This document shows, piece by piece, positions 61,145 to 64,000 of a DNA stretch of 64,000 nucleotides (its first letter is position 1; the number at the start of each line of letters is the position of its first letter). Position numbers and translations under genes: made by a program. Source of the DNA: Neovahlkampfia damariscottae (lineage: Eukaryota). The notes beneath the pieces were generated by a model that was given only the letters and a program-made list of their open reading frames with translations, searched no databases and was not told where the DNA came from. Location of the stretch: the NCBI GenBank assembly GCA_016618085.1, contig JABLTG010000104.1, positions 1-64,000 on the forward strand, in the 5' to 3' direction.

Positions 61145-61511
61145 ATGAATGAAGATGAAATAGAACAACTAAAATCTCAAGTAAAGAATTCATTTATAAT
61201 AGAAAGGGCTGTTGATGTATGTCCTGTATTGAATGATATCTATTTTTTGTGCTTAAATTATACACCAAAAGAAAATAGAAAAGTTGGATGTGAAATTCAT
61301 CAAAAAAAATTGAAAACATGTTTAGATTATGAATTAAATGAACAGTCAGTCTTCAAATATAACTAAATATATGATTTTTAGGGTCAGGAATAATTTAAAA
61401 TTTTGTAAAAATGAAGTGGAAAATTATAAAAAAAATAAATCAGAAGTAAATTTTTCAAACATATCTGAATGTATGAGAAACGTATTTAAAAACCATTATG
61501 ATCCTCTGTAA
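61145..61511 (+). CDS. Twin Cx9C mitochondrial IMS protein (Mix14/CHCHD5-like)
   Basis: CPVLNDIYFLC and CEIHQKKLKTC; one intron. Confidence 0.6.
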
Positions 61512-61578
61512 AATAAATATTATTCATTGGACAATTTTTAACCAACCAAATTCATTTGTTTTTTCCAAACTTTGAAAC

Positions 61579-63537
61579 ATGACGGATATCAATGAAAAAT
61601 TAAATTTTTTTATTCTTGATTCAGACACACAAATTGGAGACCCAGAAAATCTTCTTCTTGAAGATTCATCAGTTTGGGAAAGCTCAAAAGAAAATAATTC
61701 AACAATCTCCTTTTCACTTCACGAAGAAGAACAAGAACAAGAAAAAGAAGAAGAAGAAGAAGCCCTTGAAGAAGAAAAAGAAGAAGAATTGATTTCTATT
61801 GAGTCAAAACCATCTGCTTTTATTTTAAAAGAATTAGAAGTTGTTGTACCAAAAAACTCAAAAAATTCAGTTTCCACAGGTCTTTTATGGGTTATGAATG
61901 GTTTAGACTTTTTTTTATTTTAAAAAATTATAGAAAAACCTGATTTTAAACTTCTTGCTTCTTTTGACTTTTGCACTGAAAAAATTTTTAAAAGTTTAAA
62001 ACATGAATCAGAAAGTGAACCTGTTTTATTTTTTGAAATGAAAAAAGAAAAACAAACATTTAAATTAGAAAAACCAGCAATTGGTAGATATCTCATCATT
62101 AGTAAAAAAAAAAAAAAAAAAAATTAAAAAAAACAAAGAATGTATTGAATCAATTGGAGATAAAACTGAAATTCAACAATTAAATTTTATTGGTAGTGTG
62201 GTACCAAAAGAACAATTCATTAAAGTTGGAGGAAAAAAAACTATTTTCGATTTAATTTCTAGTTTAAAATTAACTTTGAATGATAAAAAATATTCCGATT
62301 TGACAATAACTATTGGAAAAAAACAATTTTATTGTCATAAACTTATTTTATCACAATGGTAATGATATTGAATTATTAATCATTTAGTTCAAAATTAAAT
62401 TTGAATCAATCCGAAATTAAAGTTGAAAATATAGAAGAAGTTGTTTTTTCAAAAATACTTGATTTTTTATATACTGGATCAATTGAAGTTTCTAAAGATA
62501 ATAATGATATTTATTTAAAATCAGCTAATATTTTAGGATGTCAACCACTTTCATTAACATGTTTTGAATTTTTATCAAATTCAAACCAATCAAATATCTG
62601 TCAACTTTTAATGGATGGAAAAAATGGAAAATTTGGTGAAGTTGATGTTGATGGATTAGTAAACAAATGTGTTAAAGTAATTTCCAAAAAATGTGAAGAA
62701 ATTTTTAAATCAGATGATTTCTTAAATCTTGATTCAGAAGTCATACTTTCAATTTTAAAATCATCTGATATTGATATTGATGAACTTTCTATTTTTAATG
62801 CAATCATAAAATGGGGAAAAAATCAACAAAAGAAAACAAACAAAGAGTTGAATGAAATTTTAAAAGATTTAATTTTACAAGTTCGATTACCATTAATTTC
62901 ATCAGAAGATTTAATTAAAATTGTTAAACCAACCAAATTAGTACCATTCGATTCTTATTTACATGCATTGGAATATCATGTAGCACCAGAAGATGTTAAA
63001 CCAATTGGAATTCAATTTAAAGCAAGAGGTTCAAATTCAACAAAATTCAAATGGGATATTACAACAGGTGGAAATCAACAATGTTTTACTTTATCAAATT
63101 CAAATTTAACAGTAAAAAAAATTAGTGGTGGATCAACATGGAATAATGCGATGATATATGGAAATAAACCATTAAAAAGTGGAAAACATTATTATGAATT
63201 GAAACTTGATCATACAGCAAGTGATAAAAGTGGTTTTGCAATTGGATTATCAAAAGATAAAAAATTAAAACAAAAATATAGTAAAGATATGGTTATTGGT
63301 ATGTCAGGTTATCAATATAATTTATCTGGTACAAATGGATCATCAAATAAAGCAGGAGATGTTATTGGAGTTCTTGTTGATTTTGGAAGATCAAAAGTAT
63401 ACTTCTTTATTAATGGAAAGAAATGTGGATCTGAAGGTCTTTTACAATCAGGTACAGAATATTGGCCATGTGTTCATCTTTATTATGTGAATGATCAAAC
63501 AACACTTTCATTCCCTTCAACTATTCCAAAAGTATAA
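61579..63537 (+). CDS. BTB-BACK-SPRY protein with discoidin-like N-terminus
   Basis: PENLL..SSVWES; YSDLTI...HKLILS; LDFLYTG; VRLPLI; GKHYYE, GDVIGVLVD..VYFFING; three introns. Confidence 0.85.
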
Positions 63538-63549
63538 AAAATGATTTAT

Positions 63550-64000
63550 TTAACAATTTTGTAATTTTAAATTTGTTTTGATTGTCTCTAAAGAAAAAGC
63601 AGAGACACCACCATCACCATGAACTGTGAAGAATGCTCCTGCATTAAATTCACCGAATACATTTTGTGTTAATGTTACACCATCTGTATTTGCTGTGAAT
63701 GCTCCTACAAATGAACCAATATGTTCAAATGATATTCTATCAAAAATATGAAATATTGATCTAAATTTATGTTGATCTACCATTATCCAATAACCTTTTC
63801 CATTTGAACATTGTAATAAAGCAAAACCCTCTGGTTCTTCAATAAATACACCTTCACCAAATGTTTTAATATATTTTCCATCTAAAGAATAAATTCTTAT
63901 CCCTAGATGTTTTTGCATTTCATCTGCAATTAAAATGTGATCATATGAACGATCTATAATTATTGATTCTACTTTGTACAATATTCCATTTCCTTTAGTT
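63550..64000 (-). CDS. Beta-propeller (3-)phytase, 5' end outside window
   Basis: VESIIID...IADE, EPEGFAL, ANTDGV, GAFFTVH motifs. Confidence 0.8.
   Translation of the reverse strand, partial: TKGNGILYKVESIIIDRSYDHILIADEMQKHLGIRIYSLDGKYIKTFGEGVFIEEPEGFALLQCSNGKGYWIMVDQHKFRSIFHIFDRISFEHIGSFVGAFTANTDGVTLTQNVFGEFNAGAFFTVHGDGGVSAFSLETIKTNLKLQNC

Overview
Very AT-rich, extremely compact eukaryotic (protist) nuclear DNA using the standard genetic code. It holds about 40 protein genes split by roughly 110 tiny (26-45 nt) GT-AG introns (manual count), with intergenic gaps often only 0-60 nt. Gene content (RGS fusions, DOCK, BEACH, Fanzor2) is compatible with a heterolobosean/Naegleria-like amoeba, but that is an inference. 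Highlights: (1) the window starts in the 3' part of an IS607/Fanzor2-type RNA-guided nuclease gene whose tail folds into a plausible omegaRNA scaffold with a pseudoknot pairing and an apparent element right end at about 463-466. (2) A 445-bp TIR/TA-flanked MITE supplies the stop codon of a host gene. (3) A CCAAT(CA) box sits 2-50 nt from the ATG of most genes, in either orientation. (4) Several proteins have odd domain fusions or altered catalytic motifs. Gene models were spliced by hand and no database searches were run.
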